From Escherichia coli (GTDB lineage Bacteria > Pseudomonadota > Gammaproteobacteria > Enterobacterales > Enterobacteriaceae): DNA of 64,000 bases. Made by a program: the position numbers and the translations under genes. Below, one piece after another: positions 18,812-30,073 of the stretch (positions are counted from its first letter, which is position 1; every line of letters begins with the position of its first letter). The notes beneath the pieces are model-generated. The model did no database searches. It was given only the letters and a program-made list of their open reading frames with translations, and was not told where the DNA came from. The stretch lies in NCBI RefSeq assembly GCF_030384885.1, contig NZ_CP128613.1. The stretch is one strand, 5' to 3'.

Positions 18812-19777
18812 ATGCCTTTAGATTTAAGTAATACTTTAGTTATTGGCATTAGCGCAACTGCGCTTTTTGACATGAGCGAATCGGATCGCATGTTTCGGGA
18901 AACCTATGCGACCGATCCGGATAGTGCCATTGAGAAGTATCGTGCTTATATGCTGGAACACGAAAACCAGCCTTTACAGCCCGGAACAGGCTACCCCTTA
19001 GTCAAAGCGTTGCTGGGGCTGAACCGGTACCGCCAGCCGGATGATAAATCGCCGTTGGTTGAGGTTGTTGTGATGTCGCGCAACAGTCCTGATACCGGTA
19101 TCCGCGTTTTGAATACCATTCGCCATGACAAACTCGATATTACACGTTCAGCTTTTACCGCAGGTGAAACCGTTGCCGATTACCTTGATGCCTTTGATGT
19201 GGATCTGTTTTTAACAACCAACGTTGAAGATGCGCAAAAGGTGATTGATTCCCGATTCTGCGCCGCTGCAATCCTGAAAGATCCGCCTTCTGACGCATCT
19301 GATATCCCGGAAGGGCAAGTGCGCATTGCTTTTGACGGCGACGCGGTACTTTTTTCCGATCAAAGCGAACTGGTTTATAAGACCCAAGGAATGGCTGCCT
19401 TTCATGCTCAGGAAGACGCGCAGCAGGATATCCCTATGGAAGAGGGGCCTTATGCCACTTTGCTAAAAAAAATAGCCAAGCTTCAGGAACGATTGCCGAC
19501 CCGCGTTGAGTATTCTCCTGTTCGTATTGCGCTGGTGACAGCCCGAAATAGCCCTTCGGAAATGCGCGTTATTAAAACGCTAAGAAGCTGGGGGGTATAT
19601 GTCGATGAAGCTTTTTTTCTTGGCGGTGTAGAGAAAACAAAAGTTCTGAAGGCGTTTAGGCCACACATTTTCTTTGACGATCAGGATGTGCATTTGATCG
19701 CGGCTGCAAAGGTAGTACCTTCTGGTAAAGTACCTTATGCCAGTAACTCCGAACTGGCAGAACGTGAAGCATCGTAA
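18812..19777 (+). CDS. HAD-superfamily 5'-nucleotidase-like protein
   Basis: 321 aa from MPLDLSNTLVIGISATALFD; HAD-like motifs FDGDAVLF (DxDxV), VTARNSPSE, FFDDQDVH; RBS AGGAAAG. Confidence 0.6.
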   Translation: MPLDLSNTLVIGISATALFDMSESDRMFRETYATDPDSAIEKYRAYMLEHENQPLQPGTGYPLVKALLGLNRYRQPDDKSPLVEVVVMSRNSPDTGIRVLNTIRHDKLDITRSAFTAGETVADYLDAFDVDLFLTTNVEDAQKVIDSRFCAAAILKDPPSDASDIPEGQVRIAFDGDAVLFSDQSELVYKTQGMAAFHAQEDAQQDIPMEEGPYATLLKKIAKLQERLPTRVEYSPVRIALVTARNSPSEMRVIKTLRSWGVYVDEAFFLGGVEKTKVLKAFRPHIFFDDQDVHLIAAAKVVPSGKVPYASNSELAEREAS

Positions 19778-19854
19778 TTATCGCTAACAAACCATTTAGT
19801 CATTAAGGCTGGATGGTTTGTATACCACACGCAAAATAACTGCCCTCCCCCAGA

Positions 19855-20730
19855 TCAATGCTCTCCTCTGAACACCTCTTTTCTGTGCCATTCCACAAAC
19901 CGCTCGCCAGGATAATTTTCTTTAACCGGTGGCAACGCAATCGCCTTTCCTGCAAAATCCCAGAACAGCCGCTGTACCACCCCACCGCCATTTACCGCGC
20001 CGGAAACCACCACACGCATATTTTCATCCAAACCAATCGAACCACGATCAAACGCTTTATGATGGATGGCGCACAATGCCAGGCCATTAGGTACTTCACA
20101 AGGGCCATGGTGCTGCTTCCATCTGATATGAGCGGCTTCCAGAGCAATCGGCGCATTGTCGTGGCGCATGTTAAAGCCGCAGATAGCGCACTGATAATTG
20201 TAAGCACGTAGCACCATCTGACGGAACTACGGATCGCGTTGACGGAGAGAGGTGCGAATATCAAAACCCATCTCGTCAGCTATCTCTTCCTGAATACTGG
20301 CCGGGAAATGCGCCTCCAGGAGCTGCTGCGCCAGCGTATCAATTAACCTGTGATTTTTTGCCACCAAAGCAAAATTATCGGCATCAAATCCACCAGCAAC
20401 ATTATATTCAATGAGTTCACGTCGGGGCGGCTGGCGGCTACCACTGGTTGAGCACAGTTCCGCGTTATGTAGTTCCCAGAAGCCATCGCCCTTCAGACGC
20501 CAGAACGGCATGTCCGGGCGCTGGTCACGGCGCTGCGGTCCATAACGTTCCAGTAGATCCAACAGGGGCTCGTAGATTTCAGAACCATAGTTAAACAGGC
20601 GACCATGACCCTGCCGATAGTGTGAGAGAACGTACAGCAGCAATAATGGCTTATGTGGCGCACGTTGTTCGCCTTTGCGCCAGATGGTGATATTTGATAT
20701 CGCTTGTTTTAGGGTTTTGTCAGAGGTCAT
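19855..20730 (-). pseudogene. HNH endonuclease-family gene with unknown N-terminal domain, interrupted by one in-frame amber (TAG) codon
   Basis: ORFs 20227-20775 and 19855-20217 are in the same frame, separated only by TAG at 20229-20227 plus 3 sense codons; C-terminal part has HNH motifs CAICGF...EAAHIRWKQHHGP...NGLALCAIHHKAFD. Confidence 0.7.
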
Positions 20731-20861
20731 TGCGTTGGAGAATCCATGAGCACATATTTGCGATGATGCTCGCAACTATATGTACATTCAAGGCATTATT
20801 GCAGACATCCTTTTTCTCTGGCGGTTCTGTACCTGGCAGATAGAATTCTGATAACAACGGT

Positions 20862-20908
20862 AAAAAATACAGCGACCAACCAGTCCTAAGCGGGCTGGTT
20901 GGTCTTTT
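20862..20908. terminator. Hairpin terminator downstream of intB (bidirectional appearance)
   Basis: Stem GACCAACCAG / CTGGTTGGTC with T-run on + (TTTT 20905-20908) and A-run upstream (T-run on minus). Confidence 0.5.
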
Positions 20909-20945
20909 AAATTTAAACATCAGCCGAGGAATAACGGCATTCAAC

Positions 20946-22214
20946 TCACTCGCCATTCCCCCGGTTGATCTTCGCATAGTCAAACGGCGTAATCGCTCTT
21001 TCCCGATTGGCATCCAGAAAATCAGCCCACCACTGTAACATCAGCTTGCGCTCATCCAGATGTTCCGCTTTATGGATATACGCCGCCCTCACCGAATTGC
21101 GTTCCATATGGCTCATCTGGCGCTCCACCGCATCCTTCGACCATAGCCCTGACTCAATTAACGAACTACAGGCCATTGTACGGAAGCCGTGGCCGCAAAC
21201 TTCAACCTTAGTGTCATAACCCATCACCCGTAGCGCACTGTTTACCGTGTTCTCGCTCATGGGCTTACGCGGATCGTGATCGCCAATAAAAATCAGCTCA
21301 TGTTCGCCACAGAACTGTTTTATCTGCTTCAGGATCGCCAGCGCCTGCTTTGAAAGCGGCACCAGATGAGGTGTGCGCATCTTTGAACCTCGCTGAGAAT
21401 GTTTCACGCCGGGAATCGGTTCTCGCTCAGGCGGGATGGTCCACATTGATGTTTCAAAATCGATCTCTGACCAGCGAGCAAAACGCAGCTCACTGGATCG
21501 AATAAAAATAAGCAGAGTAAGTTCGGTTGCCCAGCGGGTTAGCGGCCTGCCGGTATAGCCGTCTATTTTCTCAAGCAACTCAGGGATGCGCTTTAACTCC
21601 AGCGCCGGACGATGCTGTCGATTACTGGAAGCAACCGCCCCTGCCATCTCTTGCGCCGGATTGTAATCAATTAACCCGCTTTGCACTGCATAACGCATGA
21701 TGGCCGTGGTGCGCTGTTGAAGGCGGGAAGCCACCTCAAGACGTCCGGATTTCTCCACGGCTTTAATAGGAATTAACAGATCGCGGGTGCCCAGTTCAGC
21801 AATATTGTGGGAACCAATTGCCGGGAAGATATTGTCCTCCAGGCTCTTTTTTACACGATTAGCATGATCTTCCGACCATTTTTGGTTGGTTACGAGCCAC
21901 TCTTTGGCAACCTTCTCGAAAGTAATAATCTCTTTCGCCTGCTCTTCTTTCACAGCACGCTTATGCTCACGAGGATCGATACCAGCAGCTACCAGCTTTC
22001 TGGCCTCTTCCCTTTTCTTCCTGGCATCCGCCAGCGAAACATCCGGGTAAACGCCGAACGCCATCAAATGTTGTTTACCACCAAAACGGAAACGAAATCG
22101 CCAATACTTTGAACCGCCAGGTTTTACAAGTAAGGACATGCCGTCGCCGTCAACAAGTGAATACTCTTTCTCCTCAGGTTTCGCAGAGCGAACTTTAGTA
22201 TCCGTTAGGGCCAT
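20946..22214 (-). CDS. intB: P4-type tyrosine integrase (IntB-like)
   Basis: 422 aa from MALTDTKVRSAKPEEKEY with RBS GGAAGGAAG; C-terminal tyrosine-recombinase catalytic region; adjacent to tRNA-Leu. Confidence 0.9.
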   Translation of the reverse strand: MALTDTKVRSAKPEEKEYSLVDGDGMSLLVKPGGSKYWRFRFRFGGKQHLMAFGVYPDVSLADARKKREEARKLVAAGIDPREHKRAVKEEQAKEIITFEKVAKEWLVTNQKWSEDHANRVKKSLEDNIFPAIGSHNIAELGTRDLLIPIKAVEKSGRLEVASRLQQRTTAIMRYAVQSGLIDYNPAQEMAGAVASSNRQHRPALELKRIPELLEKIDGYTGRPLTRWATELTLLIFIRSSELRFARWSEIDFETSMWTIPPEREPIPGVKHSQRGSKMRTPHLVPLSKQALAILKQIKQFCGEHELIFIGDHDPRKPMSENTVNSALRVMGYDTKVEVCGHGFRTMACSSLIESGLWSKDAVERQMSHMERNSVRAAYIHKAEHLDERKLMLQWWADFLDANRERAITPFDYAKINRGNGE

Positions 22215-22304
22215 AATGGTCTTCCTTCCATTGGTATCTCGTGAGTATACAAGCAATATCGAATCGGCAAATATACTCATTAGTATACTCACAAGCCTGT
22301 TGAT

Positions 22305-22420
22305 GTGGGTTGAGTCAGGTTGACTTCAGTTGAGGGGAAAAGCTGGAAAAGCCTTGTGTAGCGCGGATTTCAGGCATAAAAAAAGACCTCAGTTGAGGTC
22401 TATTTACATACTTTTGGTGC
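22305..22420. repeat. Direct repeat copy 2 (integrase-proximal), covering the leuX terminator hairpin and tRNA 3' end
   Basis: 22361-22420 identical to 12894-12953; contains GACCTCAGTTGAGGTC hairpin plus T-run on the minus strand (leuX terminator). Confidence 0.8.
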
Positions 22421-22499
22421 CGAAGGCCGGACTCGAACCGGCACGTATTTCTACGGTTGATTTTGAATCAACTGCGTCTACCGATTTCGCCACTTCGGC
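22415..22499 (-). tRNA. leuX: tRNA-Leu (CAA anticodon), leuX
   Basis: Reverse complement reads GCCGAAGTGGCGAAATCGGTAGACGCAGTTGATTCAAAATCAACCGTAGAAATACGTGCCGGTTCGAGTCCGGCCTTCGGCACCA, 85 nt with encoded CCA. Confidence 0.95.
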
Positions 22500-22694
22500 A
22501 CTGAAGAGGTATGCGGAAAACGTTGTGGATTATACCTGTCACGCGCCACCATGCAAGCGCCAGCTTGCTCCCACCTCGCTAAGTGCTGAAATTTTCAGCA
22601 TTACATACAGCGATGTGCAACCTTTGTCACACTCCAGGCACCACGCCCTACCATGCTCTACACTTCCCAGACAACACCAGAGAAGGACAAAAAT

Positions 22695-23714
22695 ATGTCG
22701 ATGATAAAAAGCTATGCCGCAAAAGAGGCTGGCGGCAAACTGGAAGTTTATGAGTACGATCCCGGTGAACTGAAACCACAAGATGTCGAAGTGCAGGTGG
22801 ATTACTGCGGGATCTGCCATTCCGATCTGTCGATGATCGACAACGAATGGGGATTTTCACAATATCCGCTGGTTGCCGGGCATGAGGTGATTGGTCGCGT
22901 GGTGGCGCTCGGGAGCGCCGCGCAGGATAAAGGTTTGCAGGTCGGTCAGCGTGTCGGGATTGGCTGGACGGCGCGTAGCTGCGGGCATTGCGACGCCTGT
23001 ATTAGCGGTAATCAGATCAACTGCGAGCAAGGTGCGGTGCCAACAATTATGAATCGCGGCGGTTTTGCCGAGAAGTTGCGTGCAGACTGGCAATGGGTGA
23101 TCCCACTGCCGGAAAATATCGATATCGAGTCCGCCGGGCCGCTGTTGTGCGGCGGTATCACGGTCTTTAAACCACTGTTGATGCACCATATCACCGCCAC
23201 CAGTCGCGTTGGGGTAATTGGTATTGGCGGGCTGGGGCATATCGCTATAAAACTTCTGCACGCAATGGGATGCGAGGTGACGGCCTTTAGTTCGAATCCG
23301 GCGAAAGAGCAGGAGGTGCTGGCGATGGGTGCCGATAAAGTGGTGAATAGCCGCGATCCGCAGGCTCTGAAAGCACTGGCGGGGCAGTTCGATCTCATTA
23401 TCAATACCGTGAACGTCAGCCTCGACTGGCAGCCCTATTTTGAGGCGCTGACGTATGGCGGTAATTTCCACACCGTCGGTGCGGTTCTCACGCCGTTGCC
23501 GGTTCCGGCCTTTACGCTGATTGCGGGCGATCGCAGTGTCTCTGGCTCTGCTACCGGCACGCCTTATGAGTTGCGTAAGCTGATGCGCTTTGCCGCCCGC
23601 AGCAAGGTTGCGCCGACCACCGAACAGTTCCCAATGTCGAAAATTAACGACGCCATTAAGCATGTACGCGATGGTAAAGCGCGCTACCGAGTGGTCCTGA
23701 AAGCCGACTTCTGA
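22695..23714 (+). CDS. ahr: NADPH-dependent aldehyde reductase Ahr (zinc alcohol dehydrogenase family)
   Basis: 339 aa from [14 protein letters not shown]; zinc-ADH motifs ([15 protein letters not shown]). Confidence 0.95.
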   Translation: MSMIKSYAAKEAGGKLEVYEYDPGELKPQDVEVQVDYCGICHSDLSMIDNEWGFSQYPLVAGHEVIGRVVALGSAAQDKGLQVGQRVGIGWTARSCGHCDACISGNQINCEQGAVPTIMNRGGFAEKLRADWQWVIPLPENIDIESAGPLLCGGITVFKPLLMHHITATSRVGVIGIGGLGHIAIKLLHAMGCEVTAFSSNPAKEQEVLAMGADKVVNSRDPQALKALAGQFDLIINTVNVSLDWQPYFEALTYGGNFHTVGAVLTPLPVPAFTLIAGDRSVSGSATGTPYELRKLMRFAARSKVAPTTEQFPMSKINDAIKHVRDGKARYRVVLKADF

Positions 23715-23843
23715 TCCCTTTGCCGGGTGCCTGTCGCCCGGCTTTTAAATCTCTTTGGAAGGCGTCTCGCAATCTGCTGAATTTAGCGGTGAAGAGTGCG
23801 CAGCCGTTGCCTATACTCCAGGCAGGAAACTGGAGGATATCTC

Positions 23844-25346
23844 ATGAGCGAACCCCTGTTAATTGCCCGCACGCCGGACACAGAACTGTTTTTGCTGCCG
23901 GGAATGGCTAACCGTCACGGGCTGATTACTGGCGCAACGGGGACGGGTAAAACCGTTACGCTGCAAAAACTGGCAGAGTCATTGTCGGAAATCGGTGTTC
24001 CGGTGTTTATGGCCGATGTGAAAGGTGATTTAACGGGAGTAGCGGAGGAAGGTACATCTTCGGAAAAACTGCTCGCAAGGCTTAAAAATATCGGCGTCAA
24101 TGACTGGCAACCACATGCTAATCCGGTGGTGGTGTGGGATATCTTTGGCGAAAAAGGCCACCCGGTGCGGGCGACGGTTTCAGACCTGGGGCCGCTGTTG
24201 CTGGCGCGACTGTTGAATCTCAACGATGTGCAATCTGGCGTGCTGGATATCATCTTCCGCATTGCTGATGATCAGGGGCTGTTACTGCTCGACTTTAAAG
24301 ATTTGCGGGCGATTACCCAGTACATCGGCGATAACGCCAAATCCTTCCAGAATCAGTACGGTAATATCAGTAGCGCATCGGTTGGTGCCATCCAGCGCGG
24401 GCTGTTATCGCTGGAACAGCAAGGCGCAGCACACTTCTTTGGTGAGCCGATGCTGGATATCAAAGACTGGATGCGTACCGATACCAACGGTAAAGGCGTT
24501 ATCAATATCCTCAGCGCCGAGAAGCTTTATCAGATGCCGAAACTGTACGCCGCCAGCCTGCTGTGGATGCTTTCAGAGTTATATGAACAATTGCCTGAAG
24601 CGGGCGATCTGGAGAAACCAAAACTGGTGTTTTTCTTCGACGAAGCACATCTGCTGTTTAACGATGCGCCACAGGTACTGCTGGATAAGATTGAGCAGGT
24701 GATAAGGCTTATTCGCTCAAAAGGCGTGGGCGTCTGGTTCGTTTCGCAAAACCCGTCGGATATCCCGGATAATGTGCTCGGCCAGCTAGGTAATCGCGTT
24801 CAACACGCTTTGCGGGCTTTTACGCCCAAAGATCAGAAAGCAGTAAAAGCTGCGGCGCAAACCATGCGGGCCAATCCGGCGTTTGATACCGAAAAGACAA
24901 TCCAGGAACTGGGGACCGGCGAGGCGTTAATCTCGTTTCTCGATGCGAAAGGAAGTCCTTCAGTGGTGGAACGGGCGATGGTTATCGCGCCTTGTTCGCG
25001 AATGGGGCCGGTGACGGAAGATGAGCGTAACGGCCTGATTAATCACTCCCCGGTGTATGGCAAGTACGAGGATGACGTGGACCGGGAATCCGCCTATGAG
25101 ATGTTGCAAAAAGGCTTTCAGGCCAGTACCGAGCAGCAAAATAATCCTCCCGCGAAAGAGAAAGAGGTGGCGGTGGATGACGGTATTCTTGGTGGATTGA
25201 AGGATATTTTGTTTGGCACTACCGGACCACGCGGCGGGAAGAAAGATGGCGTGGTGCAAACAATGGCGAAAAGCGCCGCCCGCCAGGTGACGAATCAGAT
25301 TGTGCGTGGTGTGCTGGGGAGTTTGCTGGGGGGGAGAAGAAGGTAA
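23844..25346 (+). CDS. yjgR: P-loop ATPase YjgR (DUF853)
   Basis: 500 aa from [10 protein letters not shown], Walker [17 protein letters not shown]. Confidence 0.9.
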   Translation: MSEPLLIARTPDTELFLLPGMANRHGLITGATGTGKTVTLQKLAESLSEIGVPVFMADVKGDLTGVAEEGTSSEKLLARLKNIGVNDWQPHANPVVVWDIFGEKGHPVRATVSDLGPLLLARLLNLNDVQSGVLDIIFRIADDQGLLLLDFKDLRAITQYIGDNAKSFQNQYGNISSASVGAIQRGLLSLEQQGAAHFFGEPMLDIKDWMRTDTNGKGVINILSAEKLYQMPKLYAASLLWMLSELYEQLPEAGDLEKPKLVFFFDEAHLLFNDAPQVLLDKIEQVIRLIRSKGVGVWFVSQNPSDIPDNVLGQLGNRVQHALRAFTPKDQKAVKAAAQTMRANPAFDTEKTIQELGTGEALISFLDAKGSPSVVERAMVIAPCSRMGPVTEDERNGLINHSPVYGKYEDDVDRESAYEMLQKGFQASTEQQNNPPAKEKEVAVDDGILGGLKDILFGTTGPRGGKKDGVVQTMAKSAARQVTNQIVRGVLGSLLGGRRR

Positions 25347-25364
25347 GTCAGGTGCGATTTGTCT

Positions 25365-25404
25365 TTGCCTGATGCGACGCTGGCGCGCCTTATCATGCCT
25401 ACAC
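25365..25404. repeat. REP element
   Basis: GCCTGATGCGACGCTGGCGCGCCTTATCATGCCTACA, typical REP palindromic unit. Confidence 0.7.
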
Positions 25405-25506
25405 TACTGCAATATATTGAATTTTCATGATTTTTCAGGCATGAACGAAGCACACTTTGCTAACAATAATAAAGGGAGCTTTCGCTCCCTTTATTCGTTC
25501 ATCAGG

Positions 25507-26589
25507 TTACGATTTTCTCATTAACAGCCACAGGCTGATTAAGAAGAAGCTGGCGCTTGGCAGCAACGCGCCGATAATCGGCGGGATGCCGTAAACCAAC
25601 GTCAGCGGGCCGAAGATCTGGTCCAGTACGTAGAAGACAAAACCGAAGCTGATACCGGTGACCACACGCACGCCCATCGGTACGCTACGCAGTGGGCCAA
25701 AGATAAACGACAGCGCCATCAGCATCATCACCGCCACGGATAGCGGCTGGAAGATTTTGCTCCACATGTTGAGCTGATAACGTCCGGCATCCTGACCGCT
25801 CGACTTCAGATACTTCACATAGTTGTGCAAACCACTGATGGAGAGGGCATCCGGGTCCAGTGCCACCACGCCCAGTTTGTCCGGCGTGAGGTTGGTTTTC
25901 CAGGTACCGCTCACCGTCTGTGAACCAGTGATCTGTTTCGGATTGGTCAGATCAGATTCATCAACCTGCGACAGACGCCATACTTTATGTTCCGGGTCAA
26001 ACTTCGCGGTAGCGGCATAGCGAACAGATTGCAGACGACGATTCTCATTAAAGGCATAGATACTGATGCCACCTAACTCTTCGTCACCTTTAACCCGCTC
26101 AATGTAGACGAAGTTGTTGCCATCTTTTGCCCATAAACCTTGCTGGGTAGAGAGCAACGAGCCACCGTACATCGCCTGCGCGCGGTAGTTACGCGCCATC
26201 TGCTCGCCCTGCGGTGCGACCCATTCGCCAATCGCCATCGTCAACAAGACCAGCGGAATGGCGGTTTTCATCACCGACAGCGCCACCTGCATACGGGTAA
26301 AACCAGAAGCCTGCATGACCACCAGTTCGCTGCGCTGTGCCAGCATCCCCAACCCAAGTAATGCACCCAGCAGAGCCGCCATCGGGAAGAAGATTTGCAC
26401 ATCTTTCGGCACGCTCAGCAAGGTATACATTCCTGCGCCTAACGCGTCGTAACTCCCCTGCCCGGCTTTTTTCAGCTGATCGACAAACTTGATAATGCCC
26501 GACAGCGACACCAGCATGAACAGCGTCATCATGATGGTGGTGAAAATAGTTTTACCGATATAGCGGTCAAGTACGCCAAAAGGTTGCAT
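25507..26589 (-). CDS. lptG: LPS export ABC permease LptG
   Basis: 360 aa from MQPFGVLDRYIGK; start overlaps lptF stop (ATGA). Confidence 0.95.
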   Translation of the reverse strand: MQPFGVLDRYIGKTIFTTIMMTLFMLVSLSGIIKFVDQLKKAGQGSYDALGAGMYTLLSVPKDVQIFFPMAALLGALLGLGMLAQRSELVVMQASGFTRMQVALSVMKTAIPLVLLTMAIGEWVAPQGEQMARNYRAQAMYGGSLLSTQQGLWAKDGNNFVYIERVKGDEELGGISIYAFNENRRLQSVRYAATAKFDPEHKVWRLSQVDESDLTNPKQITGSQTVSGTWKTNLTPDKLGVVALDPDALSISGLHNYVKYLKSSGQDAGRYQLNMWSKIFQPLSVAVMMLMALSFIFGPLRSVPMGVRVVTGISFGFVFYVLDQIFGPLTLVYGIPPIIGALLPSASFFLISLWLLMRKS

Positions 26590-27689
26590 CACACCGCTCC
26601 TTTACGCGAAAAACTGGCGCGCAGGCGGCGGACCGGCACGGTGTCCCAAAGGTTGAGAACAATCGCCAAAGCCAGATAAATCAGGTTTACGGTCCACATC
26701 CACAACGTCGGGTCCAGCTTACCTTTACCGCCGTTCGATTTCAGGGAGGTCTGGATCAGGAAGAACAACAGATACAGCAGCATGGCTGGCAGCATCGACA
26801 GTACGCGCCCCTGACGCGGGTTAACCACGCTCAGCGGAACGACCATAAGCGCCATCATAAACACGGTGAATACCAGCGTGATACGCCAGTTCAGTTCTGC
26901 GCGGGCACGATCGGTGTCAGTGTTCCACAATGTGCGCATGTCCATCTGGTCAGTATCGTTCGGGTCGAGCGCCACCGCCTGGTGACCAATGATCGCCTGA
27001 TAATCCTGGAAGTCCGTAATGCGGAAATCGCGTAACAGTGCAGTGCCTTCGAAGCGCGTTCCCTGGTTGAGAGTGACGACCTGGGAGCCGTCGCGCAGCT
27101 GGGTTAAATGTCCGGAATCGGCCACCACCACAGAAGGACGTGCATTACCTTTTGGTCGAATTTGCGCGAGGAACACATCTTTGAAATCGCTGCCGTCAAC
27201 GCTTTCGATGAACAGCACCGAGCTGCCATTAGTCGCTTGCTGGAATTGCCCTTGCGCCAGCGCCGCCATGCCAGGGTTCGCTTTCGCTTCTGCTAACACT
27301 TCATCCTGATGACGCGATGACCACGGTCCCGCCCACATCACGTTAACCGCCGCGACGATTGCCGTGAATACCGCAAGGATCATTGCCGCTTTCACCAGAA
27401 CCGCTTTGCTCAAGCCGCAGGCATGCATTACCGTAATTTCACTTTCGGTATACAGTTTGCCCAGCGTCATCAGCAGCCCGAGGAACAGGCTTAATGGCAG
27501 GATAAGCTGCGCCATTTCCGGCACGCCCAACCCGAGAAGGGAGAGCACCAGATTCGCCGGAATATCGCCGTCAACCGCTGCGCCGAGGATCCTCACTAAC
27601 TTTTGACAGAAGAAGATCAAAAGCAAGATGAAGAGTATCGCCAGCTGGCTTTTGAGCGTCTCCCGCACCAGATATCTTATGATTATCAC
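26589..27689 (-). CDS. lptF: LPS export ABC permease LptF
   Basis: 366 aa, MIIIRYLVRETLKSQ... Confidence 0.95.
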   Translation of the reverse strand: MIIIRYLVRETLKSQLAILFILLLIFFCQKLVRILGAAVDGDIPANLVLSLLGLGVPEMAQLILPLSLFLGLLMTLGKLYTESEITVMHACGLSKAVLVKAAMILAVFTAIVAAVNVMWAGPWSSRHQDEVLAEAKANPGMAALAQGQFQQATNGSSVLFIESVDGSDFKDVFLAQIRPKGNARPSVVVADSGHLTQLRDGSQVVTLNQGTRFEGTALLRDFRITDFQDYQAIIGHQAVALDPNDTDQMDMRTLWNTDTDRARAELNWRITLVFTVFMMALMVVPLSVVNPRQGRVLSMLPAMLLYLLFFLIQTSLKSNGGKGKLDPTLWMWTVNLIYLALAIVLNLWDTVPVRRLRASFSRKGAV

Positions 27690-27952
27690 TTTAAATACGC
27701 CCGTAAAAACTCGTCTTTTGCAGGATTTTAGCTTGTTTCATGGCTTAAACGTCATTTATTCTCTTGAGTCGTCGAAATCGTCGCTAAGATAATTATACTC
27801 AACGGATTCACCTCTCAGATTTTGTTCTGACGTGCCAATGCCGTAATAACGTTAAGATTAACACGAAGTCATCGCAACAGCGGACATGAGTTACGAAAGC
27901 TTGCAATTCTATCTGTAGCCACCGCCGTTGTCTTTAAGATTCAGGAGCGTAG

Positions 27953-29467
<1,515 letters not shown>

Positions 29468-29488
29468 TTGCATCAGGCTGTGTTGTTA

Positions 29489-29576
<88 letters not shown>

Positions 29577-29629
29577 AACGCTGTGTATTACCAAATGCAT
29601 ATTTAAATCCACCACAAGAAGCCCCATTT

Positions 29630-30073
29630 ATGAAAAACGCGACGTTCTACCTTCTGGACAATGACACCACCGTCGATGGCTTAAGCGCCGTTGAGCAGCT
29701 GGTGTGCGAAATTGCCGCAGAACGTTGGCGCAGCGGTAAGCGCGTGCTCATCGCCTGTGAAGATGAAAAGCAGGCTTACCGGCTGGATGAAGCCCTGTGG
29801 GCGCGTCCGGCGGAAAGCTTTGTTCCGCATAATTTAGCGGGAGAAGGACCGCGCGGCGGTGCGCCGGTGGAGATCGCCTGGCCACAAAAGCGTAGCAGCA
29901 GCCCGCGCGATATATTGATTAGTCTGCGAACAAGCTTTGCAGATTTTGCCACCGCTTTCACAGAAGTGGTAGACTTCGTTCCTTATGAAGATTCTCTGAA
30001 ACAACTGGCGCGCGAACGCTATAAAGCCTACCGCGTGGCTGGTTTCAACCTGAATACGGCAACCTGGAAATAA
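29630..30073 (+). CDS. holC: DNA polymerase III chi subunit HolC
   Basis: 147 aa, [46 protein letters not shown]. Confidence 0.95.
   Translation: MKNATFYLLDNDTTVDGLSAVEQLVCEIAAERWRSGKRVLIACEDEKQAYRLDEALWARPAESFVPHNLAGEGPRGGAPVEIAWPQKRSSSPRDILISLRTSFADFATAFTEVVDFVPYEDSLKQLARERYKAYRVAGFNLNTATWK

Noticed and set aside
22857-23663. 268-aa ORF antisense to ahr (similar antisense ORFs overlap mgtA, pepA and the helicase-PLD gene)
   Set aside because: Overlaps well-supported genes on the other strand; no RBS or family resemblance
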